NCBI GenBank assembly: GCA_964247055.1
Contig: OZ176051.1
Span: forward strand, 5,208,001-5,272,000
Direction of reading: 5' to 3'
DNA from: Paragordius varius
Lineage: Eukaryota > Animalia > Nematomorpha
DNA: 64,000 nt
Made by a program: the position numbers and the translations under genes. Below, one piece after another: positions 40,301 to 52,661 of this stretch. The notes beneath the pieces are model-generated. The model was given only the letters and a program-made list of their open reading frames with translations. It was not told where the DNA came from and did not search any database. Every line of letters starts with the position of its first letter. Within the stretch, counting starts at the first letter, position 1.

Positions 40301-41868
40301 CATTGTTAGCCATACGATATAGATGTAAAGGATGTTGAGGACCATACATGGAATTAGTTAGGGGTGCTTGTCTCACAAAAGTTGGATATCGATTTGAAAT
40401 GCCCCCATTATTAGTTAATTGAACAGGTGTTTGACTATTAAAAGTTTGTTGTGCATTTTGTGGAATGAAATTTCCTGGATTGTGTTGAGCCTGCTGTTGA
40501 GGCTGTTGTTGCAGCTGCTGGGGATAGCTGTAATAATTTCCGGGTTCAACTATTGATAAAATAGAAAATTATCAGATAATATTTTTCAAAAATTATTAAT
40601 TTCATGACCTTGATATTAAAAAGTCCAAGTTCTTTTTTAATTACATGGTAAATACTTTTGCATCAAAGTCTCATGACAGCTTTAACACTCTAGCACTGGA
40701 GAGACGCAATCCGAGTTTGACACCTTAATTATTTATCCCCAATTTAAACAATATATTTTCACGCATTTCCTGTACGCAAAAATCTTACTTTCGTCTGTGG
40801 TAGGAATAGCGATTCTCCGTTTGAAAGTACGCTTCCCATCTTTATCCTCTGGGACCATGACTACTTTGCGTTCAGGTGATTCGTCTGGAACTACCATAAA
40901 GCCTTCAGGAAGACCCATAGAATCTGCCATGTGTGCCATCAAAGTACTCGTATCAGCGGAATCGCCAACAATCCCAACTCCTTCAGGTCCATACATGATG
41001 TGAGGGGTCGGACCTTCAGGCATGGTTTGTTGTTGATTCGCATTAGTTCCATCCATTTCGGGACCTATTTATTATTCAGTATTTAGTCATTTAAGATTTG
41101 ACACTTGTGAGTAAATTTTACATAATGATTATGGGATCTAAGCTTTATTTATCGAACATAACTCCCTGATGTAGTTTTCATTTTACAGAGCATACAAATT
41201 ATATAAAAGGTTACTATTATCTTTTTTTACCCAATCCTAATACCTAGGCGAAAGTGGTTTACATAAAAGTCAGAATATCGAGATGCATGAGGGGAATAGT
41301 TAATTTGTTTATAGTGATGGATTTGTGATAGATATTAAGAAATACTCTATGAACCCAATTTATATGAAATTAGCACCTTTGATAGGCTTAAATATTTTGT
41401 GCTTAACTATTAAATATATTTTTTCTCTATATATATTTCAGCCCATGAAATGGGATACGCAAGGCTGTTACGTGTTTGAAATAAAAAGTTATTAGCGGTT
41501 TTCTTAATTAAGTAAATTATATTATATTCTATAGCTAATGTACTTAAAGAAAAAATATATATACTATTTTTCCCCAAATATCATAATTCATTACCATAAT
41601 AACCACCGCTGCTCTCTTGAGCTGCTAAACCACCGTGAGTATTTTCGTCAGGATCTGGGCCTGTAGGCAAAAATATTTTGCGTGATTTTCTTTTCCGTTT
41701 TTTATCTTTTTTCCTTTTATTGCCTCGGCCTCCTGAACTATTTTCCGTCGTCGTTTCATCATCGTCTCTCCCTCGACTTAAAACGGTTGTGGTTTTGTCT
41801 GCATTAATGTAACTTAGCTGAAAGCATATTATAGTAAGGAACAGACAGATCCATAAAATAGATTTCAT
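28392..41868 (-). CDS. Large secreted low-complexity protein of unknown function, ~1708 aa, 14 exons
   Basis: Exons 41868-41595, 41064-40789, 40549-40258, 39805-39162, 38974-38829, 38743-37824, 37723-37587, 37232-36999, 35752-35642, 35328-35239, 34945-34637, 34455-33678, 29679-29558 and 29185-28392 are all GT-AG. All 13 junctions are phase-compatible; total 5127 nt with one terminal stop. Signal-peptide-like start MKSILWICLFLTIICFQLSYINA. Confidence 0.8.
30768..33259. mobile_element. Non-autonomous hAT-type DNA transposon (~2.5 kb) in intron 12 of the secreted-protein gene
   Basis: TIRs CAGTGGCGTAGCT / AGCTACGCCTCTG, flanked by an 8-bp near-duplication ACTCATTA / ACTCAATA (7 of 8 identical). 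No transposase ORF. Confidence 0.8.
31189..31770. mobile_element. TTAA-flanked MITE (piggyBac-like) nested in the hAT element
   Basis: ttaa|cactt...aagtg|ttaa, with subterminal inverted arms ttcgattcaaattggggtatctaaataccccag / ctggggtatttaactaccccaatttgaatcgaa. Confidence 0.65.
36386..36565. mobile_element. Second copy of the foldback MITE at 27969, inverted and degenerate at the right end
   Basis: ta|cagtatgagtagtatatgctagaaagtta...attgccaaatagcatatgcagcaaag; the internal segment is the reverse complement of the 27969 copy. Confidence 0.7.
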
Positions 41869-44477
41869 GGTAATCGTGTTGCGAGAGTTAATCTGCTAAT
41901 AACAAAAACATATAATTGTTTAAAATGTAACTTATAACATTAAAATCCTATGGAGCTTTCCGGTGCTGTTCACGGCAGTCACCAAGATACCCTGTGCTTA
42001 GGAGTAACGTAATTAAATCAAAAAATGAAATTCCAGGACAAAACTAAAATAAAGCAAATATTTTTTTCTAGACAACCACACCTTTTACTTTTTAAAATAT
42101 AACTGATTGTTTTAGACTGAAAAGTATAAAATAGAGTTGTAAATTGGTAACACAATCCATTTTGTATTATAAAATTGTAATTGAATGATTTTTAAAGGAT
42201 AAATTAAGGTTTAAAAAGTAAAATTGCCTATTAAAAATTTTTTATTTTTATATTTTTACGTTTTGTCCGTATAATTCCAATTTTTACTATAAAACAAAAC
42301 AGGTTTATTAAGGTAAAAATTGTTAAAAAAAAATAATTGATATCTATCTATGGGACAATAATGTAAACTTATGTCAAACAGTGTTGGCATTTTGTAGTTG
42401 ATTAGGGCTTTAGTATTTAATAACAGTTGTTAAAATCCGTAATATAACAATAAAGGATAATTAAATAAAATTAAATGAAACTACTAGAAATTATAAACGA
42501 TATACGAAACCCTTCGTCAATAGTAATCGCAGACTAGTTTCGTGCTTGTTAGCACTCATCAGTACTACACAACTATTTGACTTGGGGTTTTCACATATCG
42601 ATTTCGTATATATATATATATATAATATATATATCCAACTTTGCAATTTTGGTATAAATGCAGTTGGTTATACGAATTTAAATTAAATTTAATGGAATTT
42701 ACGAAAACTAAACTGAAAATTTGACAATAAACTGAAAATTAACTCTAGGGGTGAGCCTAGATTTAGAGTATAGCTACTTAGGGATTTCATAGAGCTTTGA
42801 AACCCATAATGATTAAGCTTATAAAAAATATGCAAACAAATAGAGCTTTTTTTAGTTGTGAAATAGATCATTTCTGAACTACACGGTTAATTAAACTTTC
42901 TATCTATCAATTAATTGCCCCCAAATTAATGAAAAGAAAATTTTAATATACATTTTCGATAAAAACAACAATGAGGACAAAAATATCATACCGCAATCCC
43001 ATGAGCCATTTATTACGAATATAAGGTTTCCAATATCTTTTATGGGTTAAAAACTAGATGAAATTTCACCAGATAGTGGGGGGGGGACACTCTTTACAAT
43101 TATTGATGCAAAAACTTATAGTTCCAACAATCAAAGTGATGCAGTTAAAATAGATATTGATGAAAATTAAAATTAATTTATGGGTGGTTGGTTGGTAGGT
43201 AGATGCAATAAATTCCGCTAAGTATAAAGTTTTTATTAATACTTGCAATTAATATACGATAGAATTAAAAAATTATATTATATATAATATATATAATCCG
43301 ACTAATCAAGAATGGGAAAGTTTTCTTTTCCCTTTTTGACAACACAATAACTTGCATATAGTATATGAGAGAAGATGAGTAGTTGTTATAAGTTAACACT
43401 CTTCATATTCTATCTATCAAATTATTTAACTAGTAATTAATTGATTAATTATAATTTCATTTTTTACGAAAAAATATTTTGTGCGAAAAAAATTATTCAG
43501 GTAAATTAATTATAACCAGGATATAAATATAACGGATAAAAAGAGACATAGATAGATTGATAATACAGATTTATGATGAATCGATGTATGTCATTTTTAT
43601 CATAGCAATAAGTTTGAGTGTTATTAGATAGATATTTATGTTTCTTCCTTAATTATTTTTCTTTTTATTTAATTTCAAACAATTTCAATTTGATTCACTA
43701 TCTTTTGTGAGTGTTTGTTGTTAATGACACAAATATATATAATGAATGTATAAACATATATTGATAGATAAACTAATCCATTATTGCTTGCTTTTTCGAT
43801 CTAAATGTCATTTTGCAATAATATTCATTTACCATAGTCTGTTTGGTACCCCAAGACCAGACCAAAATCTTACAATAAGACTGACTTCAGCTTTTATATA
43901 ATGGGAAGAAACAATTGTGGAATTTGAACGATAATATCGTAGTAGGTCTCCTAATTTCAAATCTTCAAAAAAATTTAACTTAGATGCATTCAATAGTAGT
44001 AGATAAGATAAGACAAATTAAATAAAATGTTGAATACATTCATTAGTTAGCAGTTTTTTTTTGATTCATTTTTATCAAGAAACATTGGTAGGGAAAATTT
44101 TGATTTCACAAACAAACAAATTAACTGAACCACATTTTAAGCAATCATCCCGATATTTCCTATATCCAGAGTAAAATATATAATAACTGATTTGTGCTGC
44201 ATTTTGATGTGTGTCGATTGAAAAAAGTGAAATTGTGTGAAAGTGTAAGTGAATAAATATTACACATAATATATACTAATTAATTAAACGTAAATTGACA
44301 ACCTGTTTGGTTTATTATGAATAAAAGAATCCCGGATGTTTTTATTGAAATATACAGCAAAAACATTTATTACGTCGTTTTGTGATTTTTGTGAGATTAA
44401 TGAAAAATATTTCATGCAATCAATCACATACAATATAAATCAAAAATTTAAATCCTGAATTTAATTTGTCGAAACAT

Positions 44478-44693
44478 ATGGACAAAAGCAGAGTCCAACA
44501 CAAATGGCCGCCTGAGCCGTATTTCAAAACCATAGGTAGATTAATAAATATTTTATTGGACCTTAACCATAAGACTGTCAAAAAATGGTTAAAATAACTT
44601 CTATAATTATTTCTCTAATTTTTTATAGTTTGTTGCCAATCGGAGAGACCTATACAGGAAATTTTTAAAAAATATCAATTACACTTTGAATGT
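44478..44693 (+). CDS. Possible small spliced gene (MDKSRVQHKWPPEPYFKTI/VCCQSERPIQEIFKKYQLHFEC...), unresolved
   Basis: ATG at 44478; exons 44478-44535 and 44629-44693 are joined in phase by a 93-nt GT-AG intron and followed by a strong gtgagt donor. Below the ORF-track length cutoff; no family recognised. Confidence 0.3.
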
Positions 44694-45516
44694 GTGAGTA
44701 TAATTTTCGAATTGTGGAATTCATATTCTCCATATTGTTCGCGGGCAGCATAAAATATGTCGAAAGGTCGTATGCTGGACATCTCAACAGTAGTGAGTAA
44801 ACCATCCCTGTCTAATGATACCAATTAAAGCAAAAGCGAATTAGTTATGTATGAGTTTAATTAGTCCATTATATTAAAAAAAATTGATCTGTTTATTGTT
44901 TTTGTCTCAATTTTATGGCTGAAAAATGCCCATAAAGTAGTTGATTTGTGATTTGTTTAAAAGGAGGGAGATTATTATAAGAATATATATATGTATAAAA
45001 GGCATGAGATTTTCAAGGGATTTTAAACATTCCTATCAAGAAATACAGATTACATAGCTCATATTCACAAATTTTATCCTTTAATAAATAATAAGATAAT
45101 GGGATTATTTATTTAGTTTATGTAACACCAGCTATCTCACAAGTACAATCTCTAGGTGTTGCCGTCAAAATAAAGACTATGTTTCAGAGTTAATTCGATT
45201 TAAACTTGACCTTAATTTTTTTGGTAAAAGAGAGTTTTTTGTACTATTAACCTAAATATATCAAGTACTGTTTTTCCGAGTCAAGGACAGATTAAATATA
45301 TTTACAACTAAAAATTTAATTAAACTATTTAAAAAGATCTGTTAATAGGTGAACAATATATAATAATTGGCATAGTTCTTAATCAGAATAAGCTGATATT
45401 AAAATTAATACTATACAATCATGAAAAGGCGGATTATCATACTTGTGCAAAAACGCATAAAATAAATAATTAAAGCTATTTAGAATGGGTTGCAAGAAAA
45501 TACGTTTTTAAATATG

Positions 45517-45554
<38 letters not shown>

Positions 45555-48464
45555 TAAAATAAATTTGTTAACATGCAAGGCATCCCTTTTTTAAAATATT
45601 AGAGAAACGAATTTTATAAGACATTTTTTAGGGAAATAGAGACATTTTTATAATGTGCAACTTTTAGTCTAAAGTCTTACCATCGCCTTATATTAACTTT
45701 CCCAAAAATTCGATGTTTTCCTTCAGTCTGATGTCTGGAACAATATAATATACCGATTGTCACATGATAGCTCTATAATAATTGATTTAAATTGTTTAAT
45801 AATGTGTATGTTAAAAAGCATGGAAATATCAAGAATTCGTAGCTGTAAGGTTTAGAGCAGCACCTTGTTTCCCCCCAAAAAAGCAACTAGTAAAATTGTG
45901 TAACTCTTGTTTTAAGGCGAGTATTTCGTTTCATCTACCCTAAAATGCATTCAAATTTTTAAGATTACATCAAATTTGGTGCTAGATTTTTCCAAATTTT
46001 TTTTGATTTTATTGTTAAATTGATTAAACAAGCTGCTTGCACATATTCATTGAAACGAATTTTTTAGCATTCATTAACAAAAGTAGTATGTAATAAATAT
46101 TGACCACATTAATGATAATAAATAACCTTTAACTCTTAATCCAGGAAACTTGATTTTTCTTTGTAAACTAATCTATTTTTAAAATAATTTATTTTAATCC
46201 ACAATATATTTCTCTAAGTAATGGATAATTAAAAGTTTTATCATGGCCATTTTTGAAAAGCATTGTTTTGGGATAGGGGGGAAGATAGATATAGAAACGT
46301 AGGAGTAGGACCTATGACTTTCTTTAATTTTGCCGCAAAATCCTTTTCTGATAGGTGCATTGATGAAATATAAGTATAATAAAAAGCGCTCGGCTAACTT
46401 ATAAAAAATTTATAAATTACAAATACAGATTCGCAAAATCCGATTTAGGCATCATTGCCGCTCTATTTAAAAAACATGCCTTGGCATGTCTAATTAAATG
46501 GATTTGTTTTAAGAAAATAAATTAAAAATAAAATTTTGTTATATTACTACTATTTTTTCATCTAATGAACATTAATTATAATAAAAATTATATAATTAAT
46601 TAACTTAAAGCGTAAAAAAGTTCGTCGTGCATTGAATTCCCTGACACAAACAGATTGGGAAATGTATAAAACAAATATATATTATCAAAAAACATCAAAA
46701 CAGGTATGTATGTATATTTATCATTATTTAATCTTACATCCTATTTTTTTCCTATCAAAACGCATTCATCGTAATAATTAATGTTTTGTCGTTAAAAAAA
46801 CAAATAGAGAAAGTTTTGCTTTCATCAATCTCATATCTTGTCTTCAAATCAGATCAAAAAAAGTGAAAATGTAAAATGATTAATTACAAATTTTTCATTT
46901 TTTAACAATTATTTTTAAACATTTAATCAACATACCTCACAATGGTTAAAATATAGCGGTCTAACCAATTTTAAATAAATAACTAAGAGATGTCATTTCT
47001 GTAACCACACCGTAGCCTAGTTGACAACAGCAATACCTCTTACTCGACCAAGATTTTCCTAATATTTCTCTTACAATCTGTTTAAACTTTATATTTATGG
47101 GCAGAAAATATATTTATCTTTTTATTTGAATAAAATGTTATTGATAAAATAGTTTGAAACAGAGCCAAGGAGTTTCAGTAAAAATTTGTCTGGGTCTATT
47201 TATTAGAATGGCTCTGATTTCGGTTTCAATTACAGATATTCCTAATAGTGTAATGTATGGTAAAGCCGCAAAAATATAAAGAAAAATAAAAAGGCCAAAA
47301 AATAGTTATGGCTATAAATATATCTTAAAAATTCAAACAAATTCAAATATTAACATTATATTTAAATTTAAAAAATATTTTTTTAACCAGTTTCGGAAAT
47401 TTTTGTGGTTCTCAAATTCGAAAAAAACCGGAGAATACGGTTTTGGTTATAATTCCTAGTTTATTGCGGAATTCACACATGATAGGTATAGGTATGGGTA
47501 GACATTGCAACGAAATCAACGGTTTCAACTTAACTGCAAAAATGTTTTTTTAATTTAAATTAAAATTTAACTTTAATCAATGATATTCTTATAAGAAAAA
47601 ACAAATTTTGGTCGTTCATTTTTTTACCATTTTGTTGCCATTCGATTATCAGAAATTACACAATCGAAAACCAAAATCAGAATAATTTAACCAAAAAAAG
47701 AAGAACATAACTACATATATTGGAAAAATTATTTTTGTTACCGGATTTAAAAATATATAAAAACGGATTTGCTTTTTGGTAAATAATTATGTTAGCCAGA
47801 AATAGAGACAAAAAACAAGAGGGAAACCCGAAAAGCGGTTTTTCTAATTCCTATGTATTAGGTTTATTTAGACAGAGTCATGGCATCAATACGAATTGCC
47901 GACTATAAATTTATTTTTTTATGTTTGATCAAGTCTACTGCTATCAAACAATAATCTACACAAGTAGTACTCAACAAAAAATTTTGAAGGGCCAAAAAAA
48001 TATTTTTCTTGACTCAAGGGCCGTGTACCATATAATACCGATAAATATTTTATAGCTTTTTGACACATTTGCAGGTATTACATATACTCATAATAAATAC
48101 CAAAGAATTAAATAAATATTTCAATGCCATAAAAAGGCATTTTGAGGGCCGCTCTTTGGGTATTACTGTGCTGACACATACATAAATATTAAAAAAAATT
48201 AAAAATTAAAATATAACTTTACAAGAATCGCTTAGAACCACAGTTACGATTCCAAAAACAGTTGCGCGGCTTTAATCCCTGGTAAATTTCTTGAATTCCC
48301 TTAGGTCTAAATTTTTACAATTTTAAATAAAATAAAGCAAGTAAAAGCTTAAAATCCTTCAATTTTTTACGTTATTTATAGCATATACTATTTGCTACAA
48401 TTAGCTTGTGTAATTGTAATAGTATATAATTTTAGAGGTGCCATATTACACTGCGTTCGAAATC

Positions 48465-49520
48465 GGGGCATAAAAAATACCCTGATGAAATGTGCTCTGA
48501 TAGGAAAATATATCAGGATCAATGTTGTTTGGTTCCTTTACAAGTGATCTAATAAAGTTATATAACTTTTTTGGGTAAGTAATTCATATCAGAAAATTGT
48601 AAAATTTGCATAAATATTGTCTAATGAAACTTTTTTGGCGAAAGTTAAATCCTAGATTCTAAAAAATATCACTAATTACAGATAACAAGCAAAATAATGT
48701 TTTATTAATCATAAATGCCGAGATTGCGCGATAAAGATTTTAAATATATGCTAAATTTTACCATAAAAAACCTTTTTCCTGGAAAAAAGGATATTTTGTT
48801 CAAACAATTTTGTCGAAGCTTATACTATTTTGAAGCATGCGGAAACCAAATAATATCCCTTATTCTGTTTAATTTAATGATACTAAATTTCTATCACCTC
48901 AGAGTTTTAATAAAAATTAGTTTGGCAATATATTAGGGTGAATTTTCGTAAAAAAATTAATATGTAATATAATTATAACTTAGTTGATACAAATGTTCAT
49001 CATAATTATATATTGAAAAAGTGTTTTTATGATATCCATAAACCTCTTTATACCGTTTCCCCCATGCCTCAAAATAGCATGAAGTATGCTCCAACAAAAG
49101 TTTGTTATAAATTAAATTATAAAACAAAATATCATTTTTTCGGAAAATATTATTTTATGTCAAAATTTAGCATATATTTAAAATTATCGCGAATTCTCGG
49201 CATTTTTGGGTTTATTTTAAAAGAACTAGCCCATTCACGAAGGGTAAAAAATTTGGGGCTTTAGAGCCCACATCGAAAAATTAAAATTTTATTACAATAT
49301 TGTTTTGATTTTTATCTGTAATTTATGGTCAATTTTTTGAAGTTTTTTTAATGAAATATTTAGCTCAAATATTTGCGCGAATGATATGTAGCAGTTAACA
49401 TATATGTTAATAACATTCTTGAATCCCTTATAAGGCCCAGAACCAAAAGCACCATAATAATCCTATCAGAATATATATATATATATATATATATATTTAA
49501 TCAGGTATTTTTTGTCTATG
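48465..49520. mobile_element. Foldback-type non-autonomous element with long imperfect inverted arms
   Basis: gagattgcgcgataaagattttaaatatatgctaaatttt (48720) is the inverse of aaaatttagcatatatttaaaattatcgcgaattctc (49162). Outer arms are aaaaaataccctga / tcaggtatttttt. Boundaries are approximate. Confidence 0.6.
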
Positions 49521-49869
49521 TGTTAGTAGCGCTTTTCTTTGCCAAATTTATGGTGTCTATTTATGCATTAGACTCTGAAATTTTAGCATCGTCTTTTTTT
49601 AGTTTTCTTAGCATAATTGGTTAAACTAGTTGTAATTATAATATACAGTTATAAAAATTTAAATATTCTAAATTTATGAAAATTAAATAACAATAAATGC
49701 AAATACTATTTTTAGACATAAACTTATAAGTTTATTAAAAGAGCCGTCAGCATTAAAAACGACATAGAAAGTAGGTTATTTGTTAAATATAAAATAAAGT
49801 TTATCATTTAGCCTTAAAACGTTTTATATAGGTCCATTTTAATTTTAACATATTACATTCAAATAATTT

Positions 49870-51119
49870 ATGGCATTCAATAGATCCAAATTTACTTACC
49901 TGCAGATATTAATTGTATTAAATATTATTACTATAAATGCTATCAAATGGAGAAACTGTGGTAATTATTATATTTATATAACCAATCATTCTCTAAAATT
50001 AACTTTTTTCTTATTTTGAATTAATAAACATATTCTTGATAAAATGATTTTTTCTGATTTGAATCAATAATTAATTTACTTGGTCTTCAATAATAGCAGA
50101 TGTAGTCATAAATGATTATAGGTATAGTCAGACGACAATTTTGATACAGACCCCATTCGGTTTAAAAATTAAACTTACTACAAACAATGGCCCTAAAGGT
50201 AGCGTCTATTTTTATCCTACTGTAATTTGTGGCCTAAAAAAATATTTGAGGCACGTATTATCATCATAAGAAAAATCTGTTGGCGGTTCTCCTTTTTTTA
50301 TAGAAATATATGGTAAGGCTCTATAGATTAACACATGTGAAACATGGTTTCGTAAAATCAAAAGTTGCGATTACATTGATAGAGTATCGATGCTCTGGCA
50401 GATCACACGATTGCGAAGACGCTAAGATATATGATTTATTAGATGATGCCACTGGCAGAAACATTACATGTATCCAATAAATAAATGTTTACCAGTAATG
50501 GGAAAGATGACCAATAAACTTGGTAAATGAGACCCATACAATTCGATGAACGTCAAATTAAAAATCGCAAAGCTTGGATGACGAAATCATATTTGGATTG
50601 AAATGAGAGGGGTTAGAAATGGTTTTATTTTGTAAATCCAAAGTGGAAAATCTTGGCTTTTACCTTACCAAGCCGGTCTATAACCAATCCCAAATTATTT
50701 GGCAAAAAGACCGTCATCTGCTTAGTGCTGCCAGAGTAGTGTATTAAAATTTTGTAACACGATGAAACCGTTTACGCCTAAGCCTAACACCAACAAAGGA
50801 TTAAAGCTGGCAGTAATCGAATAACACAATTTCGAATAGGGCACATTGTCGCCAGTACTTCAATAATTTTGAAGATACTAATGGTTTTCCGCAAAAGACA
50901 ATCCATTTTTTGGAATGGCTTTCATATAACACCTGAGAGATGGGTCAAATGTGTTAGAAGCCGATGTAGAATATTTTGTGAATAAAATGAATAAATGCGC
51001 TTTCAAAATTTTAGTTTTTGTACCGAATCCCGTTAAAAATTTATGATTACACTAGTAAGCCACCTATTAAACAGGGTATTCAAACAACCGTAAAGCAAGT
51101 AATACGATACACATATAAA

Positions 51120-51153
<34 letters not shown>

Positions 51154-52389
51154 CTATTATAGGATCATCAGATTCAACAGTTCTTATAGAACATTTTAAC
51201 TTCCGACCTGATCCCATCATTTTGCCGGGCGATGTTTCCGCTAGTTTAAAACTAAATCTTAAGCATGGTTTAAGCAATGATACGTATTTTGACGTTTTTA
51301 TTACACGGGAAACAATAACTTTTCAACTACCGCTACCTTGCCCATATGTCGATCCGTCAGGAAAATGGTATTTTACCATTTGATTATATTTTTAATTAAA
51401 ACAATTACTATATATTGCTTCATTTTCAATTCTATTAATGAGCCAATAGTAATGTAGTTAATAGTTTTCTATCTAGAGTTATATAAAGATAACCCAAAAT
51501 TTTGATGAAAGGTTAAAATTTTTTTAAAGAATGGTCCTCTTGTTTTTACTTTTGGTCTGCATAATTTCGTTTTATTTTTTTATATAGGGTATTATAATTT
51601 TATCCTATTTATTAAACTGTTCTATATTTATACAATCAAAATGATGCGTAAAATATCAAAAAGAAGGTATATTTTACAACTGATTCTGTTTTAGTCCACC
51701 ATGCATTTTTTATATAATAACAGTAAAATTTTGATATGTCCAATGATGGAACAATACTTTAAATTGGTGTGCGACAAATATAAAGGATTCGAAAACTTTC
51801 CCTGCACTTGTCCTCTAAAAAAGGGGATTCATGAAATTAAAGATTTTAATGCTACTATACCATTTGATATTTCGGATTATAAGGTACAGCTATTTATAAT
51901 ATTTTTATATTTTCTATATTTTACATCATAAATTTATACCATAGAATGATACAAGAATATTAACCTTTTTACCGTTTAAAAGCAATAAATCTATCAAAAC
52001 GGTTTCGAAACCGTAATTATAAATGGAACCGCGGTTGAAAAAATTTGTTTTTTATATTTCCTATTTTTTAAGTGTTTGTTGTAAGATCCACCTAATTTTA
52101 TTTTATTTAATTTTATTTGAACTATAAATTTTTTAGCAAGATATTGGCATATATTAATTAATTATATGTAAAATGCTTATTTTTGTGACATTTTGTCCAC
52201 AAAGATTATAGAATACCCTTAACCAAAATCAAAACCTTAGAATTAAAATTTTAATTCCTATACCTTTAAAAGTTATAAAAAATATTTATTATTGTTTGCA
52301 TATTATGTTAGGGAACTTACGAGATAAAATTAAAGATTTTTGACCAAGACAAAGAAATTGGATGCTTACAATTTCCCATCAAATTATAA
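49870..52389 (+). CDS. GM2A: Ganglioside GM2 activator-like ML-domain lipid-binding protein, 177 aa, 4 exons
   Basis: Exons 49870-49960, 51163-51367, 51724-51883 and 52312-52389 (534 nt, phase-consistent). Signal peptide followed by IKWRNCG, PDPIILPGDV, LPCPY..GKC, FPCTCPLKKG and GTYEIK..IGCL. Eight cysteines in the GM2A-type pattern. Confidence 0.9.
50096..51055 (+). pseudogene. Degenerate, internally deleted mariner (Mos1-like) transposon in GM2A intron 1
   Basis: Interrupted translation fragments LRHVL..KKS, TCETWF, SGRSHDCEDAKIYDLLDD, ERQIKNRK, KWFYFVNPK, FGKKT and FWNGFH..PERWVKC follow the order of Mos1 transposase. Imperfect TIRs (tgta(g/a)tcataaat) with TA flanks. Confidence 0.85.
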
Positions 52390-52661
52390 CTTAGCTATAT
52401 ATATAAACTAGAACGTTAGATTCACGCTTAATAATGAAATAAATGATTTCGATATTTCCTTTAATATATATTACTTAAATAAATATTTTAAAATGTTTTT
52501 TAAATTGGCATTATTATGATATTTATTACAATGCGAGTCATCTATTGATATATATTAAATAATTAGGATTTGTTAATAGAACTTAATCAGTTTATCAATT
52601 TCACATGGTATATTATAGGATATACAATATTGATAAATGCCTCCTTTAACTTTATGTGTAA

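Noticed and set aside
47000-47060. tRNA/SINE-like A-box (ccgtagcctagttg)
   Set aside because: No B-box and no cloverleaf.
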